A stretch of 62,816 nt of DNA, filler included, from Basidiobolus ranarum (taxonomy: Eukaryota), in assembly GCA_040143965.1 (NCBI GenBank). It is 19 parts of 19 records of this genome, joined end to end, with 100 filler letters (N's around TTAATTAATTAA, not from the genome) between each part and the next. Parts side by side here need not be neighbours in the genome. Positions count along the whole stretch, not along the records: positions 23,235 to 26,448 come from JASJQH010002645.1; positions 26,549 to 29,762 come from JASJQH010002646.1; positions 29,863 to 33,073 come from JASJQH010002647.1; positions 33,174 to 36,384 come from JASJQH010002648.1; positions 36,485 to 39,693 come from JASJQH010002649.1; 14 more parts are not named here. One strand, written 5' to 3'. The notes beneath the pieces are model-generated. The model was not told where the DNA came from and searched no databases. It was given only the letters and a program-made list of their open reading frames with translations. The position numbers and the translations under genes are program-made. How positions within the stretch are numbered: position 1 is the first letter of the stretch; each line of letters begins with the position of its first letter. This document shows, piece after piece, positions 26,221 through 39,414 of the stretch.

Positions 26221-26659
26221 ACTGTCATGATTCTGATCTTGGCATACTGATCCACTACAAATAGAACTCCTCTATTATTAGATGATTCCATCATATCTGC
26301 TGTGCCATCCCTTCTCGGCAATCTGGTGTCAGTTCATCCAGATTACCTTATATGGAAGTCATGTTCTTTGGAACATTCCATGAAACCTAACCAATCATGA
26401 CATCCCTCACATAGTGTATTTCCGCCAAGACCTTCCATGGAAGGTCACNNNNNNNNNNNNNNNNNNNNNNNNNNNNNNNNNNNNNNNNNNNNTTAATTAA
26501 TTAANNNNNNNNNNNNNNNNNNNNNNNNNNNNNNNNNNNNNNNNNNNNACAAAGCATCCTCAAAAGTGTCATACTACAAGGTGTACAGAAATAGTCAAAG
26601 TGCTTGCACAGTATTTTTAAAAGTATGAGGGCAAAAATGCAGTACAAGTATGCAGAAAG

Positions 26660-28295
26660 TGGCTTGTTTAGCTCCACTAGATTAATCATGGTGCTTGCAG
26701 CTGTCCATTACCTTGATATACAACAAATGGATGTAAAAACAGCCTGTCTGAATGGAAATCTAGAAGAAGAGATCTATTTGGAGCAACCAGATGGATTTGT
26801 TGACCCAAAACATCCTGACATGGTCTGTAAACTACAAAAATTGCTATATGAACTCAAGTAAGCATCCAGGGCATGGTACAACAAGATAGAGATCTATTTG
26901 AAATCACTGCAGTTCTAAAAATGCACAGCAAATGACAGTATTTACATCAAAACAACTGGAAATAAGATTCTTATCTTGGCACTATATGTGGGTGACTTGA
27001 TTGTATGATCTGGAAGCCCTTAATCAGAAAAAAAGCAGCTTATCAAACCAATATCAGAAGTCTAATATTGGTGAATTGAGTTATTTACTTGGAATCCAAA
27101 TCAAGAGAGATAAACCCAATCTGAAAATCATGCTGAATCAGTCTAGATAAATCCTAAAATGTTTCAACATGGAGAATGGCCAATGGATCCCACTGTGAAA
27201 TTAATCAAAATCTTATCCAATTTGGCCTTGAATGACTCAAATCAAAGCCAGGAGTTCCCTTCTCAATCCATGGTCAGTAGTTTAACATATACAATGGTCA
27301 GAACATGTCCAGCCATTACTGTGGTAGTGGGAACTGTTAGCAAATATCTCAAAAACTCAAGATTTGAGCACAAAACTGCAGTAGAATGAATATTCAGGTA
27401 TTTGAGAGGAACTGTAGATCTAGTTCTAGAATACTCTGCCACTGCTGATGCACAAAATTTTGAAGGCTAAAGTGATGCAGACTGGGGAACAAACCTTGAT
27501 GATAGAAGTTCAACAACTGGGTACACTTTTCTCTATGGTTATGGAGCCATTACTTGGAATAGTAAGAAGCAACCAACTGTAACACTTTCCACTACAGAAG
27601 CAGAGTATATGGCTGCCTCTGCTACTACACAAGAAGCTCTACGGTTCAGGAGTTATTTACAGGCTTAGTATACACACAAAAATGTTCTATAACTGTATTT
27701 GAAGATAATCAAAGTTTTATTTCATAAGCTAAAAACCCAACATTTCATGCTACAACAAAACATACAAATATTAGGCATCATTTTGTTAGAGAAGATATAG
27801 AGAATGATATAATTGAACTGGTCTATTGCCCTACTGAAGAAATGATAGCTGATATCTTAACAAAATCTTTAGCTCAATGACAATATGAGTTATTAAGATA
27901 TAAGTTTGGTTTAAGAGAAATACAAAATAATTGGTTGAGTGGGAATGTTGAAATTAGGTAAATAGCAACTCATTATTTAGTAGTTAGTTTATTCATATTC
28001 TGATTTTAGCACTCAGTTCTGACATTCAAAAATGCATGATTATTGCTCTAATTGATAGTAATATCAATTAGATCACTTTTACTAATTTTCACTATTTTCT
28101 CAAAACTTCCCCAAATCACCTCAAATTTTTACCCATGCTGAACAGGCATGTTTATTATGATCTAAGCATGTCCAATAGTCCTATTTCATGGTAAACTATA
28201 AATAGGACATATTTAGTGCACTAAAACTTAAGTGTCTAATTCACAAATCCATAACTTATCCAAAATGCTTCCAAATCCCCTAAACACTTTGATCA
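26660..28295 (+). mobile_element. Ty1/copia RT (RVT_2) and RNase H pseudogene, PPT (~27936-27945) and 3' LTR A (27946-28295)
   Basis: [85 protein letters not shown] and ADILTKSL. GAGTGGGAA is followed by TGTTGAAATTAG...GATCA. A partial second LTR copy extends to ~28523. Confidence 0.93.
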
Positions 28296-29862
28296 TTTAA
28301 CCACTTTTACCAATTTTCACTATTTTCTCAAAACTTCTCCAAGCCATCTCAAGTTTTCACTCACACTTAACAGGCATATTTGTTACAATCTAAGCATGTC
28401 AATAAGTCCTTCCTTATAATAAACTATATATCAAACATATTCAATTCAATAAAACTTAAGTGTCTAATTTACAAATCCACATCTGTTCCAGAACACTTCC
28501 AAGTCCCCTAAATGCTTTTAACAGAGATGTTGAGTGTAAATGACCCACATGGAGGATGTTGACTTCATCAAAACTAACTCTATGGTATTTTCCATTGTTG
28601 AGTTTACTGAGCAACTTGGCACAATAGTTTAACAGGTTGAACTTCCATATTTAGCAGTAAGCACTGGGAAAAGTCCTGGTACACAAATGGTAGTGGGTAC
28701 CAAGTCTTAAATTCATGAGAAATGGCAGGCAAAAGGCAAGTTGAAAGTGAATATGAAATATATGCAACTACAAATATTGCAAATGGTATAGGTCTTGATT
28801 CACTCTCATCAAGTCCTGCTGGTGCTAAAGTAAGTGAGAGTGATAAGGCAATATCAATGACCATTGAAGGAGAGAGGTTTGCATTGAACACAAGTAGCTG
28901 ATCTTTTGCTGGGATTCCTCATATATTACTGCAGCTTATTCCTAGTTCCATATAACCACAGACATAATACAAGTGGAAAACTTCAGTGTGCAAACTCACA
29001 TATGCTCCAGCCATTGTTTCATTACCATCAAGTACCAACAGCTACTGTTGTTCAACTAAGTACAAGATTATTTTGCCAAAGCTATGTTAATTCAAGTTAT
29101 TTAAGTATTTAATTAGCTACTCACCATTGACAACAAGTCACTTGACTATATCAAGTGACTTTATTATACCATCTGGCACTGCCTGGATGTCTATTCTCTA
29201 ATCATTCCCATACAAAAAAATTGGTTTGTGTGGATTAGATCCACCCTTCTGAGGCACAAGACCATCAGAGAACTGTCCCAATATTGGTGGCTTGTACTCT
29301 GCCTGCTATCCTGATGGTGCAAAGGCAACTTTCTAGTGGCATTATGTTGGTCATCTTACATGGTGAAAGATTTATTCTCAGACTTGCATACATTGCATAA
29401 TTTCCAACAATTTTTGAATGAAAAATTACTTGGCTGACTGCTATAAGTATTTGAATTTATATGTATACCTTGATTAAGATATTTCAGGCTTCATATTCCA
29501 GCCATAATGAAAATCAAAAAATATAAGAATCTTGTTGCATTTAGTATCAACATATGTGCATACTTGACTAATCTGATGTAACTCAACAAAATCAATTTAT
29601 TTTACCAGCACACAATAGGTGGAAAAACTGCTAAACATCTGAAATTTAGAGTAGCATTGACACTTGGCAAATAGCTGAATCTTGTAACCATCAACAATGA
29701 GAATAAGCTCTTGGATTTTGGCAAATTTCCGTAAAGAATTCAGCCAATATATCCCCAACTTGNNNNNNNNNNNNNNNNNNNNNNNNNNNNNNNNNNNNNN
29801 NNNNNNTTAATTAATTAANNNNNNNNNNNNNNNNNNNNNNNNNNNNNNNNNNNNNNNNNNNN

Positions 29863-30520
29863 GTTATTTATAGTTTAGTATTTAGTTATTCTATATTGAG
29901 CTAAGATATCACCCACTATTTTCAATCAGAATTTACTTAAAATATTGACACCAACATAGAAGTTCTCAGATATATAGATTTTTCCAAACTTGTGCTAGAA
30001 GTCCCAAACTTTGCACTCATGTTCCTGGGACCCTCCTTGACAAGCTCTACATGCTGGTATGCTTACTGCTTGTCAAAACTACAAATGTTAAATTTTTACT
30101 CAATAAATCAGCAAATGAAAACTACCAAGTTCTATAAAACTAATGACAAATTTGAAAAATTCAAATCATAATGCTGCTGCCAGAACAAGAACTTTAGAAA
30201 ATTGTTGAAGGAGAAGAAAACAATGCAAAGCTGTCTGAAACCAAAGTTGTTATCAAGGTTAAGACAGAATAAAGTGCCTTCAATACATTTTGTCTTAATG
30301 TTGCCAACAAGTTGCTAATTCAATGTTGAAGAGCTAAAGCTGCCAAATAGGTATGGAAAGCCCTTAAAGATATCTACAAATGTGTTTCTACCAACTAGTA
30401 GCTTCTAAGAAGAATAATCTTGAGCTTAAAAATGAAGCTAGGAGAAGATATTGAATTTGCAATCAATAAAGTCAGTAGTTTTGGGGATGAAGTAGAATGC
30501 ATTGGATTACCTACCATTAA
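29863..30520 (+). mobile_element. LTR B followed by a copia gag remnant
   Basis: LTR B similarity, then KFKIIMLLPEQELLEIVEGEE (copia gag N-terminus) and LKMKLGEDIEFAINKVSSFGDEVECIG. Confidence 0.7.
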
Positions 30521-30529
30521 TCAGGATTA

Positions 30530-32000
30530 CATAGTCCCTATGAAAATGTATTATATATGCCCTGGATTGGATCCTGCTCAACTCTATGGAATACCATCAG
30601 AAATTCTGCATACAACCAGTAACATGAATTTTGCCTGCTTTTACACAGATTATGTGATGGTTTTCTGACAGGGCTTCTGTAGTATTTTTTGAAACAGATT
30701 TTTTGACCAAAATTTTATTCCTTTTACACATTCCTTATTCTGAATTCTTCCCAGCTCTGACAGTATTAACTTGGCCCCTACCATGCATACTTTTGGTACA
30801 CTTGTATTAAACATTCATAATTTTTTTTGTATCAAGACTTTTTGCAGCTGCAAAGGGAGTCAAAAAATAAGATAAATTCTGCTTTCTGCACTTTGAGATA
30901 GACTCAATTATGAGTAAATAGATATATCTCCAAAACTTTGATGCTTCCCCCCAACATTCTCCATGGTAAAGTTGCTATACACATTGTATCACTTGAAACA
31001 TGTATATTTTGCAAATAAAGGGTTCTTGTGATTTCTACTCACCATGATTAACCTCTTGCTTGGCCAAATATCTGTGGAGTATTCAGCTAGAAACACCCTA
31101 TGTCTATTTATATAATTGAAGCATGCCAATATCATGGGCTCATATTAGAGTAAGCATCGTCATGTACAAAATTATACAATTGCACTCCATCCAGCAAAAT
31201 CCTGAACATATTGAACTAATTTGTTCAAAGTCAAGCTTAATGTTAGATTTTGCAACTAATACTGAAATATATAATAAGCTCAAGTGGTACTCATGCTAAT
31301 ACTGACAATCTCACACAGAGCATCATTTACCACTGGTGCCCTCCACTGGGAACTCCCAGAATATATTTCAAGGGCCTATATTCTCGAAGCATTGTGAAAG
31401 ATGCAGCAGGGAATGTATTGAATACTGGCATAGATTCAGTCAATCTTCTTTAAACCTGTATTAAAGTTCTTCCTATCCAATTTCAAATTCTTTGCTCAGT
31501 TGCTCTATCTGCCTGAGATCTGCCAATGTGAGTTGATGGTGTAAGAATGTATTGACAATATGCACAACAACTCCCAATGTTTCCAATACTTGTCAGGCAG
31601 AAATCTTTTCAAGATTCCACTTGAATATATACAAATCCAGTACTTCCAGTCTTGGCATTTGAATAAACACCTAGATAATTGGATATTGATGGGAGTCCTG
31701 GCAAAATATGATGGTATCTATGAGCACTGATGATTTAGCTCCAGTCATGATGGATTGTATCAAAATATTATGACTCTTATACCATTCTGAAGGAGGAAGA
31801 TTTAAGTTAATTAAATTAATTGGCCTGCAAGCCTCTCCAATGAAATATTTGCTTAGTGAGAAACAATCCAGTGCCAATACAAATACATGATCATATATGT
31901 TATCAATGAAACCTTCACTTTTGAGTTTCTGGTAGTGATATCCATTAAGTATATTGGTAATATCACCAGCTTTACGGTGAATGCTTTGGTATTGGATCAA
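30530..32000 (-). mobile_element. CACTA/EnSpm transposase (Tnp2/Transposase_21) pseudogene
   Basis: DITNILNGYHYQKL...FVLALDCFS...INLINLNLPPSEWYKSHNILIQSIMTG. 31340-31680 is the reverse complement of the 5260-5640 region. Confidence 0.75.
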
Positions 32001-34237
32001 TGATCTATCCCTGACAGAAATTTGAAGATTGTTATTGTAGAAAATCTGTCACAGTTTTAATCCATTTTGTATTTACTCTTTACTTACCATTGTAAAATTG
32101 TCAAGTTAAATTTGATTTTAGTTCACTTTTTCAGTTTCAAGAGTGAAATTTCAAGATCTTGCAAATAGTTGCACATGAATGGCTACAATCTCAGATATCT
32201 ATGGATCAACATGTGTCCAAAAAACATAACTTAAATTTTACACATTTATCACTTGAATACTAATTTGGCACCTCCAAAATCCCTAGATTTTTGATGTATT
32301 TTCCCAAATATTTATATAGAGTTCTTCATACTCAAAGTTTAGCTCATATCCAACTTCAGTTTGGATCAATATCTCCATCAAAGCCCACCATTGTATCAAT
32401 GTTGCTAAATCCAAATTCTTCCTACTATCTGGTGGATACCCTCCATTATTGTGCCACTCTGTATTAAGTTCTCCCTAGATATCTGCATGGTCAACATCAG
32501 ACTGAATGTGGTGCTGTGTGTTGTTTGTGCAGCTTTTTGCTTACCTTTCAGTTTGGGGCTAACCTCAACACTTTGAAAAGTACTAGTTGAGGTTGGAGAG
32601 CCATGAGTTTTATTTGCTGGCATTTTAGCTTGTTGAGAGATGCTAGGTGTTGGATAAATTTCCAAACTTAGCACTCTTCCAACTAGTGTACCTGGTTCTA
32701 TGATTAAACTAAGCTTTTTGCCAGTATATCTAACTCTGGAAATACCAATCTTTGTAATGGTGTGAAGAATTTGGTAAGTGGGACAGTGGAGTCTAATCTT
32801 CCTGGCACCTTTGCTTTTCCCTTGGGTGTACTTACCTGCTGCTCCTTCAGTACTACTTCAGCTGCTTTTCTATTTTATCCAAGTTAAGAATTGCATATAT
32901 TTTTGAGATGTTTCATGATTAGGCCTGTACTAGGCCAACAGTGTAGTGGGGTAGCATTGCTACCCACTGGCAGGTTGACTTATTTCCACTCCAAGCTCAT
33001 ATCATTACTATTGCACAATTTCTATTTTATTATCCTTATTTGACTTACCCATATTTTCTAGCCAATCATATCANNNNNNNNNNNNNNNNNNNNNNNNNNN
33101 NNNNNNNNNNNNNNNNNTTAATTAATTAANNNNNNNNNNNNNNNNNNNNNNNNNNNNNNNNNNNNNNNNNNNNCAAAGAAGAAAACCCACCGTTGTCAGG
33201 CAGCCATAGGAAAATCTTGGGTGAAATCACAGTTCCCAAGTAGTAGCCCACAGTTTTGATGCTTCAACAGTATATATCAGTATTATTGCTAATACAAGCA
33301 ATGCCACTGCCCAAATATGAAAAGCACCTATTGGTGTTATCAACTTCAAAGACAGTAATTATAATTCATAAGGTATTGAGGAATATTTCACTAAAGTTGG
33401 TCAGTAAGCAGAACCAGGCTGTATTGTGCATTTCCATAAGCTGACAAGGCTTTTATAAAGTACAGTTCCTATAGAGAAATTTCATGAGAAACTAAATCAC
33501 AAATGGCACATCAATGCAGAACTCCATTCACTTTGCAAACAAAGCCACAGCCTTGGTTCATTGAGAAAATGGTAGATTCTTTTCAAACTGCATGCTACTC
33601 TACTCTTCATGCCATAACTTGTTGTAATACAGAAGGCTTGCAATATTTTGTCAGAATATAAATAATGAAACTCAAAGTATCTAATTCTGTGCAGTGAGGA
33701 TCATCCTTTTATGGGTAAGAAATTTTTACAATGAATTTTAGTTAATACTAGATCAGCATTCCAATTGAGTGATAAGCTTGGTGGGCTGCTTTTAAGGTTT
33801 TGATAGTTGAAAACCAGTCCTCATCCCATATTAAGATAAGTTTCTTGTGTTTAATCAGTACTAGCAAAATTTCACCAATTTCTGTTTGAGAATTTGACTT
33901 GCAATTTTCTAAGGGAAAAGATTTTTCATTGAGAGTGCTGCCCCAGTATATTGGCTTATTTTTCATATACATAGCACTTAGTTTTGAATCTGCTCTGATT
34001 ATGCTGATGCTGAGTGGTTGTCACAGTATTCTTAAATAAAATCTTGTAGAACTCTTTGTCAATAGCAATGAGATTATTTGTATCAAGTAGTGTGCAACGA
34101 TATTAGCACATATTTTTGCGCAAAAAAAATGCTGCACCAAATCAGAAAGTTTGGAGCAGAAACTAGGCAAAAAGCAGTGAAACATTATTTCAAATAGTAT
34201 TTAAGGTTTAGTTTTGCATCTTATAGGGCTTAAATTA

Positions 34238-34586
34238 TCTGAAAGTAGGTAAATAGCAGCTCATTATTTAGCAGTTGGCTTATTCCTATTCTAATTATTT
34301 AGCACTCAATTCTGCCATTCAAAAAGATGTGTTTATTAGTCTAATTAATAGAAATATAAATTAGATTACTTTTACCAATTTTCCCTACTTTCTCAAAACT
34401 TCTCCACATCATCTCAAACTTTCAACCGTGCTTTACAGGCATGTCTGCTGCAATCTAAGCATGTCTAATAGTCCATTTCACAGTAAACTAAAAATAGGGC
34501 ATGTTTATTTCAATAAAACTTAAGTGCTTAAATCATAAATCTAAACCTAGTCCAAAACACTTCCAAATCCCTAAAACACTTTTCTG
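34238..34586 (+). mobile_element. LTR A copy
   Basis: Colinear with 27946-28295 (GGTAAATAGCAGCTCATTATTTAG...CCAAATCCCTAAAACACTTTT). Confidence 0.75.
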
Positions 34587-35882
34587 AAAAAAGAGGTTGA
34601 ATATCTTAGCAAACTTGTTGGGGATGTTCTTTTACATAGAAAGCAGTAGCAATAGATTTGCCCATGATTAGGAATATATGCTCTACCCATTTTGCAGCAA
34701 CCTTGCCATCTCTGCTTTTATCCCAGTGGGCATTCCAGATCTCTACCAGACGAGCTTCATGCTAGAGCAAAGACTATCAGAGCATTTAGAGCAGTATTTT
34801 TACCATTTTGAAAACTTGGGGTCTTTATTAGTGAGGCTGATTCTCTAGATACTGTTATTTTGCATTACTTGAATCTATATGAAGCATGCAAACTTGATGT
34901 AAGATAACTTACTTACCTTTCTTGTGCTCATTGTCAATAACTAGTGTAAATTACCTTTTATGTCCAAAAATATAAATCTTACGGACTCACACAAAATATC
35001 ACAAAAGTTCATCTCCCTAAAGCCTGAAGAAAGCCATTTGTGTTGTCTCAATATAAGCAACCTGCACAATGATGTAATTTGGTGAAATTTAGAGCTTATA
35101 CTTCTTGGGTAAGCTGATTTTGGATCATATGGAGTAGTTTTTGACTTCCAATGTTTTAAAATCATCCATGAAGAACTTGACAAATTATTTTTTGGGGTTC
35201 CTGCTTTTGAATGTTACAGTCTATAATCTCAGTGGCTTGTTGTGCATTATTTTGATCCATGATAGAGCACACAGCTCTGCTGGGCATGAGACTCAGTTAT
35301 TAAGCAGTTTGCTGACTCAATAGTTAGAGATTATTAGCATATATGCTGCATACAGTTATTCATCCCATTTCAGACTATGAGGCAAAGTCTTGGTTAAATG
35401 GAGAAACACATCACCCTGATAAACTGCACTTAATCTTTAGTCATTCTAAGGGTGGATTCTACTTAGAGCCAACAGTTTTGAGCTGGAACAAGTCTTTTTT
35501 GTCTCCCCAATGTAGAGAAGCTTCTGAAAGGGTGTACCTTGTTTCTGACCCTCATCAGATATTGGTGATTGCTAACCCACCAATAAATGCTCCCTATCAG
35601 TGCTTTGATAAAGTGCTTAGTGGATTTGGAAGTACTTAGGATAAGATTTGGATTTGGAAGTTACATACTCAAGTTTTATTGAATAAAGTATGTCCTATTC
35701 ATATTTTCCTATGAAATGATGTTGTTTGGGGTTTGTTGGTGTTGAATTCTGAGATAACATTGGTTTTAAGTATGATAGCAGTTTTATTACTAGCAATAAA
35801 TTGTTGGACATAAAGATTTTTATAATCATCTCCAACAACATAAGTTTCTTTGGGTTCTTTGTCAACTAGGGTTCAAGTTTTG

Positions 35883-36091
35883 ATGATTGAGGGATGGGAA
35901 GAGTTTTTTGAGTACAATCTCAATATATTGGCAATGATAGCTAAGAAGTTAAAGAAGTCAAATTTGGAAGTATTACTGAAGAAGAGGAGTGTAATTAAGA
36001 CATTGAGACTGATGAAGCCAGATGACATAAAAGTTGTCATAGTAAGTATTACACCCTATCATATGAGGTGCAATGTACTGGGAGTGGAGCT
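35883..36091 (+). pseudogene. Degenerate N-terminal fragment of a family-1 uracil-DNA glycosylase-like gene, truncated by LTR A
   Basis: MIEGWEEFF...LAMIAKKL...VLLKKRSVIKTLRLMKPDDIKVVIVSITPYH resembles W..F...L..I...L...P.K..VF..L.L.....VKVVILGQDPYH. The catalytic motif is degenerate. Confidence 0.5.
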
Positions 36092-36270
36092 TGATAGAAG
36101 TATTTAGGGGACTTGGAAGTGTTTTGGACAAGATTTGAATTTGTGAATTAGACTCTTGAGTTTTATTGAATTGAATATGTCCTATTTACAGTTTACTATG
36201 AAATAGGTCTAATGGACATGCCTGGATTATAGCAAACATGCCTCTTTAGCATGGGTCAAAATTTGAGGTG

Positions 36271-36384
36271 GCGCACTCCTGCCATCAGTAAACTTGGAGG
36301 TTTTTGTGGGCACAATGCACTATCTTGCTGTAGATTTTGTCCAATCAATGGAGTTTACTCTAACAGGCATACGCATTACTACTA
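36271..36384 (+). mobile_element. CACTA transposase fragment
   Basis: TPAISKLGGFCGHNALSCCRFCPINGVYS, a less decayed copy of 4810-4920. Confidence 0.7.
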
Positions 36385-36484
36385 NNNNNNNNNNNNNNNN
36401 NNNNNNNNNNNNNNNNNNNNNNNNNNNNTTAATTAATTAANNNNNNNNNNNNNNNNNNNNNNNNNNNNNNNNNNNNNNNNNNNN

Positions 36485-36610
36485 AACGATGACGGAAGTG
36501 TGTATACGAGTAACTGGAACTACATAATCAATGGAGAGGGAGGACCTTATATCACCACCTACGTCACCTTCAACACTGGTGAAGGAGTATCATTCATCTG
36601 GTATGAGTAG
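36485..36610 (+). CDS. CHAP amidase copy 1 (3' end only; contig edge)
   Basis: NDDGSVYTSNWNYIINGEGGPYITTYVTFNTGEGVSFIWYE*, identical in protein to the C-terminus of copy 2. Confidence 0.9.
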   Translation, partial: NDDGSVYTSNWNYIINGEGGPYITTYVTFNTGEGVSFIWYE

Positions 36611-37764
36611 ATACCACTTCTGGCCATAGATACCTGCAATAGATAAAGCGACTAGCTATCTTTTGTTTCTCATTCCCTTTTCATACTTTTGATATGGAAT
36701 AATCAGAACGTATTAAATGCAAAATAAATATACTATCAATGAAGCTTTTGTCACGTTGAATATATATTTTTAAAACCTTGATCTCCTATTTTTGTAAACA
36801 TCGGCAGAATCAAATAATATGTAGTCTAAGATCATTGCTAAAACGTTGATATCACTCTAACTGATTCATCTTTTTTTCTTTCTCACTCTATCCTTCTTAT
36901 TTGTTGCAATCATAAATTGACGTATTGTAGTTCAAAAAGTTCACATACTTGGAACTATATTATGGTTAAACGTCTACCTGTATTCTAGAGATTCTGAATA
37001 ATGCATTAAAAGATAGATTACAACCTCCTATGAAGCATAGGAGTATTACTTAGTATCTTGAGTGATGCAGTTTCCTACCAACTACAGCTTGTTTTAGAGG
37101 AAATAGACCATTCGATATCAATTACCAAGGTAATCTTACTCACCACTTTTGTCAGTGGATCTACATTTGATACACTGAATCGACTGTAGAACAACCGTCT
37201 AGCTTATTTCCCGTAACAAAACCCTTTTTACATAACCCGGGCATCTTATTAATAAATCGAATTCCTTAGTTGATACAAGTTCAGGAGTTACTGGTGACTT
37301 TTCAGGTTCATCCTATCGCATATTGAAAGGACTCTCGCATGCTGATTTCAAGTTACTATGGAATTCTCTCTAACCTAAAATACGGAGTAATATTTAATCT
37401 GAACCAATCTACACTGCTGGGAGTTAAATGATTTCCAGTCACAGAGGAGACTTTGAATTACTATATATGGAATATTTACTCTCATGTTCAGTAGACTATA
37501 TTTCTGACTACACTTTAAACAAATATCTTTAGAAGGATTTAGACAACAGGTCCCTACCATATTCAATCATTCATCCATATATGGTGAGAACGATCGGGAA
37601 CTGAAAATAACAAGATTGAAGGTTCGTTCCTGAGGATTCACTTGGATCAGGATCCGTAATTCATTGGATAAACACTTGCTGGACGGAAAAGCTGCTTAGA
37701 TATAAAGCCTAAACTCACGCCACTATTGAGCTCACAGTCAATTATACTGCAATACAAAATTAAA

Positions 37765-38304
37765 ATGGTCAAAATCTCATCTGGTCTATCTTACATTTGC
37801 CTTACTGTTGCTGCTTTTTTGGGCTTAGCGGTGCAAGCTCTTCCAGCTCCAAGCACTACCTCTGCTACCCAACAGCTCAACCACACCGAGATATTGTCTG
37901 AGAAGAGCATACTCGGCGATATCACCAACTTTGACGCTTGCTCTCTCCAATTTCGTTTTGACAATGGCCAGTGTACTGACTGGGCCGATGCTCGCTACTA
38001 CCAACTCACCTGCCAACACACTCAGTGGTGGGGTAACGCTCTCACATGGCCTAACAGCGCCGAGAATACTCAAGGCTGGGTGGTGTCTGATCAACCCCGA
38101 GTCCCTTCAATTATTGCCATCCAGCCAGGATATCAAGGATGTGACTCATATGGCCACGTTGCCGTAGTCGAAAGCATCAACGATGACGGAAGTGTGTATA
38201 CGAGTAACTGGAACTACATAATCAATGGAGAAGGAGGACCCTACATCACGACTTATGTCACCTTCAATACTGGTGAAGGAGTATCATTCATCTGGTATGA
38301 GTAG
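37765..38304 (+). CDS. Secreted CHAP-domain (Cys/His-dependent amidohydrolase/peptidase) protein, copy 2, complete, 179 aa, intronless
   Basis: True start is AAAATGG at 37765 (the ORF track begins upstream at a TTG). Signal peptide, then GQCTDWADARY..WGNALTW..GWVVSDQPRVPSIIAIQPGYQG..YGHVAVVESINDDGSVYTSNWN. TATAAA at ~37701 and AATAAA downstream. Confidence 0.92.
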   Translation: MVKISSGLSYICLTVAAFLGLAVQALPAPSTTSATQQLNHTEILSEKSILGDITNFDACSLQFRFDNGQCTDWADARYYQLTCQHTQWWGNALTWPNSAENTQGWVVSDQPRVPSIIAIQPGYQGCDSYGHVAVVESINDDGSVYTSNWNYIINGEGGPYITTYVTFNTGEGVSFIWYE

Positions 38305-39414
38305 ATACCACTTCTGACCATAAATACCCGCAAAAGATAACGTAACTACATAACTCTTGTTTCTTATTCCCCTTTCACACTTTTGATAAAGAATAATTAG
38401 AGAGTATTGGAAGTAAAATAAATATACCATTAATGAAGTATTGGCCACGTTAAATATTTATTTCTTGAACTGTAGTCTAATGTTTATGGAAAAATTAGCG
38501 AAATTATTTTTTCAAAATCTCTAAAAATGTATTGAAAAGTATGTAGTGTAGGACTTTTACCAAAATATTGATTTTACACTGTCTTTCTCGCTCTATCCCT
38601 CTTACTTGTTGCAACCACAGATTGATATGTGTTGTACCTCAAAAAGGTCGTCATACTTGGACCAATATTGTGATTAAAGCTCTATCTGCATTCTCGATAC
38701 TCCTAAAAAAGTACTAGATGTTCGATTATTATCTCTTATGTGTATGGGAGTGCTATGTCATTTCTGGATGGAGAGTTCACTATTGACATATGATTTTTTA
38801 GTTTATTTCCCATAACGAGACCCTTTTTACACAATCAATTTGTAACCAACTAATTTCTTATCAAAGAGGCATTCAAGTGTGGTCTAGTGTTGGAGCATAT
38901 TAGTATTCTTATTGAGCATCTTTTCAATAATGAAAATTTCTTAGCTTATACTCAGGAGTTACTAGTGATTGTTCAGATTTAACCTATCGAATATTGAAAA
39001 GATTCCGGCGTGCTGATTCCAAGATATTACGGAATTCTCTAACCAAAAATATGAAGTGAATTAAATCTGAACTGATCTAGACTGCTGGGAGTTAAATGGT
39101 CTCCAGTCACAATGGAGAGTAAGAACTACTATATATGGTATATTTGTTCCAATGTTCAGTAGACTATATTTGTGACTACTCTTTAAACAAATATCTCAAC
39201 AAGGATTCAGACAACAGGCCTTACCATATGTGGTAAGAGCGATCGGGAACTCAAGATAACTGGATTGAAAGTCTGTTCCAAAGGATTCACTTTGATCAGG
39301 ATCCGTAAGTTCATTGGATAAATACTTGCTAGACGGAAAACCTGTTTAGATATAAAGACTAAACTCACGTCCCTATTAACCTCACAGTCAATTACACTGC
39401 AATACAAAATCAAA

